Source: an uncultured bacterium (GTDB lineage Bacteria; Omnitrophota; Omnitrophia; Omnitrophales; Abzuiibacteriaceae). From it: 64,000 nt of DNA. The notes under the pieces are model-generated. The model was given only the letters and a program-made list of their open reading frames with translations. It had not been told where the DNA came from and did no database searches. The stretch spans positions 164,089-228,088 of the forward strand of contig CAYLXA010000003.1 of NCBI GenBank assembly GCA_964387845.1, written 5' to 3'. The translations under genes were made by a program, and so were the position numbers. Below, one piece after another: positions 20,002 through 29,709 of this stretch. Every line of letters starts with the position of its first letter. The first letter of the stretch is position 1.

Positions 20002-21363
20002 TCAGCGCACGTATCGGCGCATGTAACGAAAAGCAGGTGCAAGCCGGCCGTGTTCCATGATAACGCCGCGCCGGATTTCGGCCGGAATCGCCGCGTGTTC
20101 CGTGAGGTCGAGTGCGCCATGTGAAGCGATTTGATAAACGTAATCTCGAATTTGCGCGCTGAACTCGCGCGATGAGTCCTCCGGAAATTCGCACGGCAAT
20201 TGATCGACCGCAAGAACCGCGATTCCGCTTCCCGAAATTCCATCCCTGATTTTTCCTGTTTTTGGATCATAAATAAAAGTGGGATTTCCGGGGTCCGTTG
20301 TTTTTTTCGTGATTTCGATTGTGCCGCCGATATCACAGGTCAAATCGCCGATTAAACCCAGCCGGAACGGCTTTGCTTTCCGGTAGAGTTTTTTAACCAT
20401 CGATTCCGGAACAAGGCGCGGGTAGCGTTTATCCCAATAGCTTGCATTGATCAATAAATTGAGAAGCGGAAGATAATAATCCAGGTTTGATTCATATTGT
20501 TTCGGATTTTCCAAATAGTCTTCAAAATAAAATCCACCCTTTTTCTTTGGCCGGAGCTTTTCTTCGCGCTGAAACATGATCTTGTAAACCTCATTCGTCC
20601 GGTGTTTTTGGTGGCGGATGAACCGCGCCATATCGTTCGGATGAATTTCAATGGGGTCAAAAATATCGATCACTTCCTCGGCGCCATGCGCGACGTTGCC
20701 GTGTCCCGTAATTCCGACAATGAAAGGTGAAAGCCGGCGGTCAAAGCCGGTGCGCCTGATTTCACGCGCAATTTGGCGTAAGTGCCGTTTGGCGGTTGCG
20801 TAATTTCCGTAATCAATTGAACGCCGCACAAATTCAAACGGCGTTTTCAGGTTCTGCAGCCGGCGTCGGATCCCCAAATAGTGGAGTGAATCAATCATGC
20901 CGCAAATTCCAGCGAAGCGCCCAAAATAGACAAGCCGGTTTTTGGCGGCATCGATGATGTGCTCATAGTCCACCAAGGTAATTTTTTTGCGCATAAGCGT
21001 TTTTAATAAAAGCCGGTTGTGTTCCTGGCCTTTTGTCGTGTGCGAAAAGAAAGCGTACATTTTTCCGGAAAGCAGCTCATGCGGATCGGGTTCTTTGACG
21101 CCTAGCAAGAACTTTGCTTTTTGGAAGTGTGTGACGATTTTCGCGCCTGCGCGCCGGTAGGCGGAATCTTTAAAAATCCGGTTGGAACTTGAAAGGACCT
21201 CAACATGAATTTTGCGGTCGACCAGCCAGCCCACATCTTCAGGTGTGAGCGCCGCCCGCTTTTCCCAGATGTTTTTGGCTTCCGAAAGCAACCCTACGAC
21301 AAGCGGTTTTCTCATGAAAAATATGATATCACACGGCGCATCCTGTTTTACAGGCGCTTTCAT
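20002..21363 (-). CDS. Lysine-ketoglutarate reductase / saccharopine dehydrogenase (L-lysine-forming)-like enzyme (AlaDH/PNT superfamily)
   Basis: KMYAFFSHTTKGQEHNRLLLKTLMRKKITLVDYEHI...VYFGRFAGICGMIDSLHYLG aligns closely with the LKR domain of eukaryotic AASS ([20 protein letters not shown]...IRLIDYEKM...[20 protein letters not shown]). Confidence 0.6.
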   Translation of the reverse strand: MKAPVKQDAPCDIIFFMRKPLVVGLLSEAKNIWEKRAALTPEDVGWLVDRKIHVEVLSSSNRIFKDSAYRRAGAKIVTHFQKAKFLLGVKEPDPHELLSGKMYAFFSHTTKGQEHNRLLLKTLMRKKITLVDYEHIIDAAKNRLVYFGRFAGICGMIDSLHYLGIRRRLQNLKTPFEFVRRSIDYGNYATAKRHLRQIAREIRRTGFDRRLSPFIVGITGHGNVAHGAEEVIDIFDPIEIHPNDMARFIRHQKHRTNEVYKIMFQREEKLRPKKKGGFYFEDYLENPKQYESNLDYYLPLLNLLINASYWDKRYPRLVPESMVKKLYRKAKPFRLGLIGDLTCDIGGTIEITKKTTDPGNPTFIYDPKTGKIRDGISGSGIAVLAVDQLPCEFPEDSSREFSAQIRDYVYQIASHGALDLTEHAAIPAEIRRGVIMEHGRLAPAFRYMRRYVR

Positions 21364-21494
21364 TTAGTTTTTCGGTCTTTCTTGAGTGATTTAGAAAGTC
21401 TTTTCTCGGATAGTGGCCGCCTGGTATCAAACTATTTTTTCGGTTAGGCTTTCTTTAGTATTTTATCAACCTATTAACAAGGAGGTGAGCCAGA

Positions 21495-21872
21495 TTGGCT
21501 AAGCGAAGAATTTTAATTATTGATGACAATCTTGATGTTATTGAGTCAGTCAAAACGACCCTGGAAGAAACCGGAAATTACGAAGTCCGGGGCGAAACCA
21601 GGGCTTCAAACGGTTTGAACACCGCGCGTCTTTACCATCCCGATTTGATTCTTCTCGACATCATCATGCCTGAAATTGCGGGCAATGAAGTAGCGAGGCG
21701 GATCAAAGATGATCCCGAAACAAAAAACATCCCGCTTGCTTATTTCAGCGTGATTGTTTCGGAGGATGAAATCCGCTCGCGCAACGGAATCATCGGCGGG
21801 AATAGGTTCATTCCGAAAGCTTCGAACTTGCAAGAGCTTGTTCACTCAATAGAAGAAAGCATCGGAAAATAA
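21495..21872 (+). CDS. Stand-alone response-regulator receiver (CheY-like) protein
   Basis: ILIIDDN...DLILLDIIMPEIAGNEV...IPKAS carries the phospho-acceptor Asp and the conserved Lys. Confidence 0.8.
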   Translation: MAKRRILIIDDNLDVIESVKTTLEETGNYEVRGETRASNGLNTARLYHPDLILLDIIMPEIAGNEVARRIKDDPETKNIPLAYFSVIVSEDEIRSRNGIIGGNRFIPKASNLQELVHSIEESIGK

Positions 21873-22199
21873 TCCTTTCTTTGGTCATTGCGAGCCGCTG
21901 TCACAAAGCCAGATTCTTTCCGCCAGTTCAACTCGCTGGTACATTTCTGTCGAAGCTCAATTTATTTCTCGGAGCGCCATTACGGAAAAAATTTGAATGG
22001 CTCAAATTTTTGACGTAGGCTGAGTACGGCGATTTTAGTTTAGGCAACTGGCCTTAAAATCGCCGCACGGAGGAAAGCGAAGAGAAACAAGTTGAGCTGA
22101 GATTGCTTTATCATAGATTAAAGTGATTCGTAATGACAATGTACAAAAGAAGCTGACGGGGAAAGAAATTTTGGCTATGCTAATCAAGAGGCAGCCAAA

Positions 22200-23369
22200 A
22201 TGAAACAGTGTATTCTCAAAAAGGGCAAAGAAAAAGCTCTCCAGAACCGCCATCCTTGGATTTTCTCGGGTGCCATAGACGAAATTGATAATACGCTTAC
22301 GCCCGGCGATCTCATTGAAGTTCTCTCATCAAAAAAAGAGTATTTGGCAACCGGTTATTTTAACCCCCATTCGCAGATCTCAGTCCGCGTTCTTAGTTTT
22401 TCAAACCAAAAAATCGGTCAAGAATTTTTTGAAAAGCGGATCAAAGACGCTATTTATTTAAGGTCGAATTATTTCAAAGAAAATACAAACGCTTACCGCC
22501 TTATCCATTCAGAGGGCGATTTTTTACCAGGTCTGATTGTTGACCGGTATGGCGATTTTTTGGCCGTGCAATTTTTAACGGCCGGAATGGACCGGTTCCG
22601 TGACGTCATTGCAGGAATTTTATCCGAAGAACTAAGGCCGAAAGGAATTTTTGAACGGGCAGATGCCAAAGAGCGCGAACTCGAAAAGCTTGGTTCAAAA
22701 AATGGAGTCATTTTTGGCGAAGCGCCGCCCGAGAAGATTGAAATTTTGGAAAATGGTTTACGGTTTCTCGTGAACTTGCGCGAAGGCCAAAAAGGCGGAT
22801 TTTTCTTAGACCAACGCGAAAACCGGAAACTGATTGAATCCGTCAGCTCCGGCAGGAAAGTCCTCAATTGTTTTTCTTACTCAGGCGCATTTTCGGTTTA
22901 TGGAGCACGGGGTGGCGCGCTGGAAATTGTTTCGGTCGATAGTTCGCAGCCGGCGCTTGAATTGGCGGATGAAAATTTTAAATTAAATCAACTCAATGTT
23001 TCGCACAAAACCGTTAAAAAAGACGTTTTCGAATTCTTGCGGGAAGATAAATCCGAATTCGATCTCATCATTCTCGATCCGCCGGCATTTTGTAAAAATA
23101 AGCAGCAAATAGATCAAGCAGCGCGCGGCTACAAAGATATCAACCTTCAGGCGATCAAAAAGCTATCGGCGCGCGGCTTGTTGTTTACCGCATCCTGCTC
23201 CTCATTTATTTCACCCGACTTGTTTCAAAAAATCATTTTTGGCGCGGCGAAAGATGCTTCGCGCGATCTGCGGATCATTCAAAAAACTTCTCACGCGCTG
23301 GATCATCCGATTAATATTTATCATCCGGAAGGCGAATATTTAAAAGGGTTGCTTTGCCAAGTTCTTTAG
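22200..23369 (+). CDS. rlmI: 23S rRNA (cytosine1962-C5)-methyltransferase RlmI (PUA + SAM-methyltransferase)
   Basis: KKGKEKALQNRHPWIFSGAIDEI N-terminus, PUA-like region and a class I methyltransferase fold (LNCFSYSGAFS, ILDPPAF). Confidence 0.85.
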   Translation: MKQCILKKGKEKALQNRHPWIFSGAIDEIDNTLTPGDLIEVLSSKKEYLATGYFNPHSQISVRVLSFSNQKIGQEFFEKRIKDAIYLRSNYFKENTNAYRLIHSEGDFLPGLIVDRYGDFLAVQFLTAGMDRFRDVIAGILSEELRPKGIFERADAKERELEKLGSKNGVIFGEAPPEKIEILENGLRFLVNLREGQKGGFFLDQRENRKLIESVSSGRKVLNCFSYSGAFSVYGARGGALEIVSVDSSQPALELADENFKLNQLNVSHKTVKKDVFEFLREDKSEFDLIILDPPAFCKNKQQIDQAARGYKDINLQAIKKLSARGLLFTASCSSFISPDLFQKIIFGAAKDASRDLRIIQKTSHALDHPINIYHPEGEYLKGLLCQVL

Positions 23370-23375
23370 GATAAC

Positions 23376-23582
23376 TTGAAGACTATGTCGCTATTTTATT
23401 TCCACGCATTCTTGATTGCTTCTGCGTCTATTTTCGGATTTTATTTTTCATGGTGGGAATTTTCTGCCTATTCAAAATCAGCGGAGGTTTTAAATTTGGC
23501 CGCTGCAGTCAGTTCTTTGGCGGCTTCTATCGCGCTTCTGGTTTATTTGGTTTGGTTTGTCAGGAAGAAATTACTGAAGTAG
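23376..23582 (+). CDS. Small membrane protein (68 aa)
   Basis: Two hydrophobic helices. Tightly follows rlmI. Confidence 0.3.
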   Translation: MKTMSLFYFHAFLIASASIFGFYFSWWEFSAYSKSAEVLNLAAAVSSLAASIALLVYLVWFVRKKLLK

Positions 23583-23583
23583 T

Positions 23584-24948
23584 TTATTGCCAGGTCAAAT
23601 AGATTTTTTCTTCACGTTCTTTCCACCACCTGTATAAATCCCGCGGCAGTGGAATCCATGCCGAGCTGTCTTTTGTCAATTCATCCAATAGAAATTTGTA
23701 ATTCGTAATCCATTTCTCTCGTCCGCTCAATTGAGGCTCCGGATGTGTCAAAATATTCGCCGCGCCGCCGCGCTTTTTTATTTTTCCGATCATTTCAAGC
23801 TGAAATTTAAGAACGCGTTCGGGTGAAAAACCGCGCATCTCAAGAACAAAATCTTCCGCTACGTTCGTTGGAAATTCAAGCAGATTGGTTTTTTCGATTC
23901 TGTACGGAAAACAAGTGCTGCAGCCTTCGGATGCCGGAACGGGGCTGTTGACATTTTCAAACGTATCATGCACGCTCAGATCATAATGAACAAATGCATT
24001 CAAAGCCCGAAAAAGCGCCGGTGTATGATGGTAGCTCGGGCTTCTGAATCCGGTACAGTTAAAATCCCGCAAAAAGGAGGAGGCTTCCATTAAACGTTCG
24101 CGTATTTTGTTTTCCGGCAAATAAGTAGTCTGATGATCGTGCCGGATGCCGTGACATCCGATTTCGTGGCCCGCATCAAATAATTTTTGGATCGCGCTGT
24201 GTTCTGTGCCGGCTATTTTCGCGACAATCAGCCAAAGCGAGCGCAGATTTTTAGCTTCTTCGATTTTCCGAAAGGCCTCGATTCCGTTTTCGTGCCGGAA
24301 TCCCCAGGCGGTATCCACATCATGGTTCAGAAAAGCCACGAAGCATTTTCCGTCGGGCCACAACGGAACCCCCGGAAATTTTTGATTGCCTGCGTTGTCA
24401 ATCAATGCTTTTACCAAAAACCGCCAAACATCAACCGAAAAATCTTTAAAAGGTTTCGGATAGACCGGCCGGGATTTGTTGCTGAGCAGTGTCCGCGATA
24501 AATTAAAAGAAAGCATTGCCGTTTTCCGGACGAATCCGGGAAGCCCGTCGGGGTCGATTCCCAACCTTACATAAATGGGCGGCTTGCGGTTGACGTATTT
24601 TTCCTGCTGGATGAATTCAATCGTTTGATCCGGATCGAAATAAAAATGAAATTTTCCGGCGTTATCGATTGTCACCAAAGGAAAAGTTTCGCCCGATTCT
24701 TGTTCGAGGTGCGCAATTGTTTTTCCGGTTGGCGTAATCTCCGAAGCGATTTGAAGGTGGGAAAATAGGCCGTCTTGGATTTCTTCTCTGAAGTTGTCCA
24801 AAAGTTGTGCGGCTTCACCTGAAAATATGATTCGGCCGAACCGGGTTTGAAGCGCCGAAGACAAATGGAGTTCAATCGGTTTTCCGGGGCCTACCAATAT
24901 TTCGAAAACACTTTTCGGAAATCCCCAGAATCGGAAGATATTTTTCAT
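23584..24948 (-). CDS. Polysaccharide deacetylase (NodB-homology, CE4) family protein
   Basis: HDVD...GFRHE and GHEIGCHGIRHD metal-binding motifs typical of the NodB domain. Confidence 0.6.
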   Translation of the reverse strand: MKNIFRFWGFPKSVFEILVGPGKPIELHLSSALQTRFGRIIFSGEAAQLLDNFREEIQDGLFSHLQIASEITPTGKTIAHLEQESGETFPLVTIDNAGKFHFYFDPDQTIEFIQQEKYVNRKPPIYVRLGIDPDGLPGFVRKTAMLSFNLSRTLLSNKSRPVYPKPFKDFSVDVWRFLVKALIDNAGNQKFPGVPLWPDGKCFVAFLNHDVDTAWGFRHENGIEAFRKIEEAKNLRSLWLIVAKIAGTEHSAIQKLFDAGHEIGCHGIRHDHQTTYLPENKIRERLMEASSFLRDFNCTGFRSPSYHHTPALFRALNAFVHYDLSVHDTFENVNSPVPASEGCSTCFPYRIEKTNLLEFPTNVAEDFVLEMRGFSPERVLKFQLEMIGKIKKRGGAANILTHPEPQLSGREKWITNYKFLLDELTKDSSAWIPLPRDLYRWWKEREEKIYLTWQ

Positions 24949-24951
24949 CGC

Positions 24952-25683
24952 TCAGACTGAAACGGCTGAGTATGCAATCCGCATGGCAAGCGGCCTTAGA
25001 AATGAAAAGGCATTTAAAAATTTATCGAAGGGAATCAAAATTGAAACCGGCGCGGGGCCCAAGCCGTTTGGGATAAAAGCGAAAAATTCCAAGTGTTCGA
25101 AGCGAAAACCCGTTTTCTGGAAGAGCGACTCCAACGTGCGCTGGTTCGATTCTTTAATTTGAGGAAGCCATTCGCGCATTTCATTTTTATTCATCCACGA
25201 CATCCATTGATAATAAGGGCATGCGCCGTTCATATCGATCACCACAAGGCGGCCGCCCGGTTTCAGGATTTTTTTGTAATTTAAAAGCGCATTTTCCTTG
25301 TGCATGTAATAACTGAAGGTATTGATGCCGGCCAGAACATCGAAAGCGCCTTTTGTATCGCGATCCTTGATAAATTCAGCGGGATTTTCACAATCGCCTT
25401 GATAAAAAGAAGTTTGAGGAGAACGCTTCTTCGCTTGCTTGATCATTTCGGCACTGATGTCCATGCCGACAACTTTTAATCCGTGCTCGCTGAGCCATTG
25501 GGTATAAACACCGGTTCCGCAGCCAAGCTCCAGAACGGTTCCGGATTTTGGAAGTACTTTTCGCAAAAACGGCTGGTAGTAAGTGTCAAAGTTATAGGAT
25601 TGGCCGGCCAGAATGACGCCGTGTTTGGTGTCGTAAACGTCCGCGAATTCGTCGTAGTATTTTTGAATTTGTTCGTGCGCCAT
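24952..25683 (-). CDS. Class I SAM-dependent methyltransferase
   Basis: VLELGCGTGVYTQWL (motif I) and DVLAGINTFSYYMH. Immediately upstream of the deacetylase. Confidence 0.8.
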   Translation of the reverse strand: MAHEQIQKYYDEFADVYDTKHGVILAGQSYNFDTYYQPFLRKVLPKSGTVLELGCGTGVYTQWLSEHGLKVVGMDISAEMIKQAKKRSPQTSFYQGDCENPAEFIKDRDTKGAFDVLAGINTFSYYMHKENALLNYKKILKPGGRLVVIDMNGACPYYQWMSWMNKNEMREWLPQIKESNQRTLESLFQKTGFRFEHLEFFAFIPNGLGPAPVSILIPFDKFLNAFSFLRPLAMRIAYSAVSV

Positions 25684-25808
25684 AAATTAGGAAAGAAATT
25701 GTAACACGTTATCCAATTAACGGCATCTTAAAGTAAAGCGTGAGTTTCAGCTTCCATTTATAAAGGCGAGGCTATACAATTCACTTAATTTAAGGTGATT
25801 CGGGTTCA

Positions 25809-27008
25809 ATGCCGAAAACTATATCACCCAATCGGTTTAGCAAAATGAACAAAAAATGGACTAAAAACACCTCAAAATACCTTATTCCCGGCTGCTTGGC
25901 AATTTGCCTGCTTTTTTTGGTATCGGGCTGCGGCGAGAATAAAAATGGGGCCCCAATCGTTAAAATCGGCTGCGCAGCGCCCCTGACAGGCGATCAGGCA
26001 CAAATCGGTATCGATATGTGCAACGGCGTGCGGCTTGCGATTGACCACGCAAACGAAAAGCAAATAGGAATCCCCGGCCACAAAATCGAAATATTTGCGC
26101 TCGATGACCAGCATAATCCCGCGCAGGCCGTTAATGTTTCCAAAAAGTTTGTATCTGATTTGAATGTCGCAGCGGTTGTGGGCCATTTTAATTCAAGCTG
26201 CACAAAACCAACCTCTGCGGTTTATCACGAAGCCGGCATGACGCAAATCACGCCCGCTTCAACCAATCCTGAATTATCCAAGCAGGGTTTCAAGACATTT
26301 TTCCGGATCGCCGCAACGGATGATGTGCAGGGCCCGAAAGGCGCCGAATTCGCGGCGCGCGAGCTCGGCGTAAAGAAAGTATTCATCATTGATGACAAAA
26401 CCACTTACGGAAAAGGCCTTGCCGATGAATTTGAAAAGCGTGCGCGGTCGCTTGAGATCGAAGTTTTGGGCCACGAAGGTATTACGCAAGGCGATAAAGA
26501 TTTCAAGCCGCTTTTAACAAAAATCAAGCCCTTAGCGCCGGATTTGATTTATTTCGGCGGTATTTATCCAGAAGGCGCTTTGCTTTTGAGGCAGGCGCGC
26601 TCGCTTGAACTCCCGGCGCCTTTTATGGGCGGCGACGGTATCGCGACTCCTATTTTCATTGAACTCGCGAGCCCGGCGTTAAGCGAAGGAACTTATGCGA
26701 CGATGGTCGGCGGCGATATGAAAAAAGTGCCAAGTGCCGCAGAATTCATCAAATCTTATGAAGCGCGCTACGGAGAAATTGGCCAGTGGTCTGCGTATGG
26801 CTACGATGCGGCGAATATTTTGATTCAGGCGATCCAAAAAGCAGGCACGAAAGACCGCAAAGCGGTTTTGAAAGCAATGCGCGAATTTCCTTCCTTTCAG
26901 GGCGTCACAGGTGAGGTTGTTTTCGATAAACGCGGCGATAACGAGAAGCAATTTATCGGCGTTTTCAAAGTCGAGAACGGCAAACTGGTGTACGTAGGCC
27001 CCGCGTAA
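25809..27008 (+). CDS. Branched-chain amino acid ABC transporter substrate-binding lipoprotein (LivJ/LivK family)
   Basis: Lipobox LVSGCGEN and a periplasmic binding protein type I fold. The start may instead be at MNKKW (25848). Confidence 0.85.
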   Translation: MPKTISPNRFSKMNKKWTKNTSKYLIPGCLAICLLFLVSGCGENKNGAPIVKIGCAAPLTGDQAQIGIDMCNGVRLAIDHANEKQIGIPGHKIEIFALDDQHNPAQAVNVSKKFVSDLNVAAVVGHFNSSCTKPTSAVYHEAGMTQITPASTNPELSKQGFKTFFRIAATDDVQGPKGAEFAARELGVKKVFIIDDKTTYGKGLADEFEKRARSLEIEVLGHEGITQGDKDFKPLLTKIKPLAPDLIYFGGIYPEGALLLRQARSLELPAPFMGGDGIATPIFIELASPALSEGTYATMVGGDMKKVPSAAEFIKSYEARYGEIGQWSAYGYDAANILIQAIQKAGTKDRKAVLKAMREFPSFQGVTGEVVFDKRGDNEKQFIGVFKVENGKLVYVGPA

Positions 27009-27019
27009 TTTCCAACCGT

Positions 27020-27931
27020 ATGGACGGCGTTTTCCTCCAGCAACTTGCAAACGGCCTCACAATCGGCATGATTTATGCGCTGATTGCGCTCGGCTATACG
27101 ATGGTGTACGGCATCGCCCAGCTCATCAATTTTGCGCACGGCGAAGTGTTTATGGTCGGCGCTTATCTCGGGCTTTTGGCGAACATGATTCTGCAGAGTT
27201 TTTTCCCGGATTCTCCCGAAACAATTTTTTTAGTGACCATTATTTTCATATTTTCGATGGCGGGCACCGGGCTTCTCGGAATCGTAATTGAACGTTTTGC
27301 TTATCGGCCGCTTCGGAACGCCCCTCGCCTCGCGCCGCTCATTACGGCGATCGGCGTTTCATTTTTGCTTCAAAATGCGGTCATGATTCTATTCGGGCCT
27401 CAGGACAGGCCTTTTCCGGGTTTAATTGAAGTCGAGACTTATAATTTTGCGGGCGTCACGATTACAAAACTTCAAATTTTAATCGCGGTTGTTTCCGTTG
27501 CGCTCATGCTGATCCTGCATGGTTTCATTAAAAATACGCGCACCGGGAAAGCCATGCGCGCGCTGGCGGATGATTATCAGGCCGCAAGTCTCGTAGGCAT
27601 TAACACCAACCGAACAATTGCAGCTGCATTTTTAATTGGCTCAAGTCTTGCCGGTGCAGGGGGTGTCATGTTCGGCATGTACTACAACACGATTAATTTT
27701 CACGACGGCTATTTGGCGGGCCTCAAAGCATTCACGGCGGCTGTTCTGGGCGGAATAGGAAACATTCCGGGCGCCATGATTGGCGGGCTTTTGCTGGGCG
27801 TCTTGGAAGGCCTCGCGGCGGGTTATTTATCATCCGAATGGAAAAACGTGTTCGCGTTTTTTGTGTTGATCCTAATCCTGCTCTTCCGCCCATCAGGGCT
27901 CTTGGGATCGCGCGTGGTGAAAAAGGTCTAG
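27020..27931 (+). CDS. livH: Branched-chain amino acid ABC transporter permease LivH
   Basis: FAHGEVFMVGAYLG...LGGIGNIPGAMIGGLLLGVLE is the LivH signature. Confidence 0.85.
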   Translation: MDGVFLQQLANGLTIGMIYALIALGYTMVYGIAQLINFAHGEVFMVGAYLGLLANMILQSFFPDSPETIFLVTIIFIFSMAGTGLLGIVIERFAYRPLRNAPRLAPLITAIGVSFLLQNAVMILFGPQDRPFPGLIEVETYNFAGVTITKLQILIAVVSVALMLILHGFIKNTRTGKAMRALADDYQAASLVGINTNRTIAAAFLIGSSLAGAGGVMFGMYYNTINFHDGYLAGLKAFTAAVLGGIGNIPGAMIGGLLLGVLEGLAAGYLSSEWKNVFAFFVLILILLFRPSGLLGSRVVKKV

Positions 27932-27934
27932 CAT

Positions 27935-28918
27935 ATGAAGAATAAATCTGAAACCCACGCAAAAAAATGGTTTCCCAAGAATTTCCAAATCTCGTTTTTG
28001 ATTCTTATTGTTTTGCTTTATCCTTTTGTTGATCAAAATCCTTATCACATTGATGTTCTCGTCACCGCAGGAATTTTTATGCTGCTTTCGCTCGGCCTCA
28101 ATGTGATTGTGGGCTACGCGGGAATCCTCAATCTGGGTTATGCCGCACTTTTTGCCGTCGGTGCTTACACGTATGCACTTTTCAATATTCATTTCAACAT
28201 TCCGTTTTGGGCGGGCATGTGGGTGAGTGCCATCAGCACCGCGGTTTTCGGCATGATGCTTGCGTTTCCGGCGCTCCGGCTCGGCGGCGATTATTTGGCG
28301 ATCGTGACGCTCGGCGCAGGTGAAATTGTCCGGATCGTGCTCAATAATTTGGAAATTACAGGAGGCCCGAACGGCTTGCTGGGAATCGACCATCCGACAC
28401 TTTGGTTCGTGAATTACGATTTCGGCGTTGCTTCGATGCCGTATTATTTTTTAATTTATACTTCGGTTGCCGTTGTTATTTTCTTCTTGCGGCGGCTCGA
28501 ATCATCGCGGCTTGGCCGCGCGTGGGTCGCGATGCGCGAAGATGAGCTTGCGGCATCCTGCATGGGGATTAATTTAATGTGGGCCAAATTGTCTTCATTT
28601 GCGATCGGCGGGTTTATTGCCGGAATTGCGGGCGCTATTTTTGCGTCGAAACAGGGAACCGTTTCGCCCGACAGTTTCGATTTTATTGTTTCCGTGATGG
28701 TGCTTTCGATGGTGGTATTGGGCGGCTTGGGCAGCATCCGCGGCGTGGTTTTAGGCGCGTTTGCGCTGAGTCTTTTGCCCGAACTTTTGCGGGGATTTGA
28801 AGTTTACCGGATGCTGCTTTTCGGCCTCGCGATGATTTTGATTATGATTCTCAGGCCGCAGGGAATTTTGGGCGAGCTTCATCACAAAGAAGAATTTCTT
28901 GAGAAGAATAAAAAATGA
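27935..28918 (+). CDS. livM: Branched-chain amino acid ABC transporter permease LivM
   Basis: Polytopic. AGILNLGYAALFAVGAYTYAL is a LivM-type motif. Confidence 0.85.
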   Translation: MKNKSETHAKKWFPKNFQISFLILIVLLYPFVDQNPYHIDVLVTAGIFMLLSLGLNVIVGYAGILNLGYAALFAVGAYTYALFNIHFNIPFWAGMWVSAISTAVFGMMLAFPALRLGGDYLAIVTLGAGEIVRIVLNNLEITGGPNGLLGIDHPTLWFVNYDFGVASMPYYFLIYTSVAVVIFFLRRLESSRLGRAWVAMREDELAASCMGINLMWAKLSSFAIGGFIAGIAGAIFASKQGTVSPDSFDFIVSVMVLSMVVLGGLGSIRGVVLGAFALSLLPELLRGFEVYRMLLFGLAMILIMILRPQGILGELHHKEEFLEKNKK

Positions 28919-29709
28919 AAAAAGCCGATTCACTTTCGAAATTTCCGCTTCTGACCGTCGACGGTATCACCAAGCGTTTCGGCGGCGTTACCGCGATTGA
29001 AAATTTGAGCTTTACGGTTGATCACGGGAAAATCATCGGCCTGATCGGCCCCAATGGTGCAGGAAAAACCACGCTTTTTAATTGTATTACGGGCCTTTAT
29101 GCTCCCGACGGAGGGTCCATTGCTTTGGGTGATTTTCAAACGTCGCTCAACCGTCTTTATCCTTATGAAATCGCGCGGCGCGGGATTGCGCGCACGTTCC
29201 AAACCATTCGGCTTTTTAAACACATGACGGCGCTTGAAAATGTAATGGTCGGTGCACACACAAAAACGCGGGCGGGAATTTTTGATGCGCTTTTGCAGCC
29301 CAAATGGGTTAGGGTTCAGGAAAAAAAGCTCAGGCAAAATGCACACCGGCTGCTTCATTTTTTCAAACTTGATTCCAAGGCAAACGAACTCGCCTGTAAT
29401 TTATCCTACGGCCACCAGCGGAAACTCGAAATTGCCCGCGCGCTGGCCTCAGGGCCGAAACTTTTGCTTTTGGATGAACCGGCAGCCGGCATGAATCCGC
29501 GCGAGAAAGAAGAACTTTTGGATTTGATTCGTGCGATCCGCGACCGGGGAATTTCGATTTTATTAATCGAACACGATATGAAATTCATCATGCCGGTTTC
29601 CGAGCATGTGATTGTTTTGGATTACGGGAAAAAATTGGCGGAAGGAAAGCCGAAAGAAGTGCAGCACAATCCTCTTGTCATCGAAGCTTATTTGGGAAAA
29701 CGGAATTAA
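28915..29709 (+). CDS. livG: Branched-chain amino acid ABC transporter ATP-binding protein LivG
   Basis: Walker A GPNGAGKTT, LSYGHQRKLEIARAL and LLLLDEPAAGMNP. Confidence 0.9.
   Translation: MKKADSLSKFPLLTVDGITKRFGGVTAIENLSFTVDHGKIIGLIGPNGAGKTTLFNCITGLYAPDGGSIALGDFQTSLNRLYPYEIARRGIARTFQTIRLFKHMTALENVMVGAHTKTRAGIFDALLQPKWVRVQEKKLRQNAHRLLHFFKLDSKANELACNLSYGHQRKLEIARALASGPKLLLLDEPAAGMNPREKEELLDLIRAIRDRGISILLIEHDMKFIMPVSEHVIVLDYGKKLAEGKPKEVQHNPLVIEAYLGKRN

Noticed and set aside
22035-22253. 72-aa minus-strand ORF in the rlmI upstream spacer
   Set aside because: No RBS, odd composition, and it overlaps the rlmI start. More likely a non-coding regulatory region.
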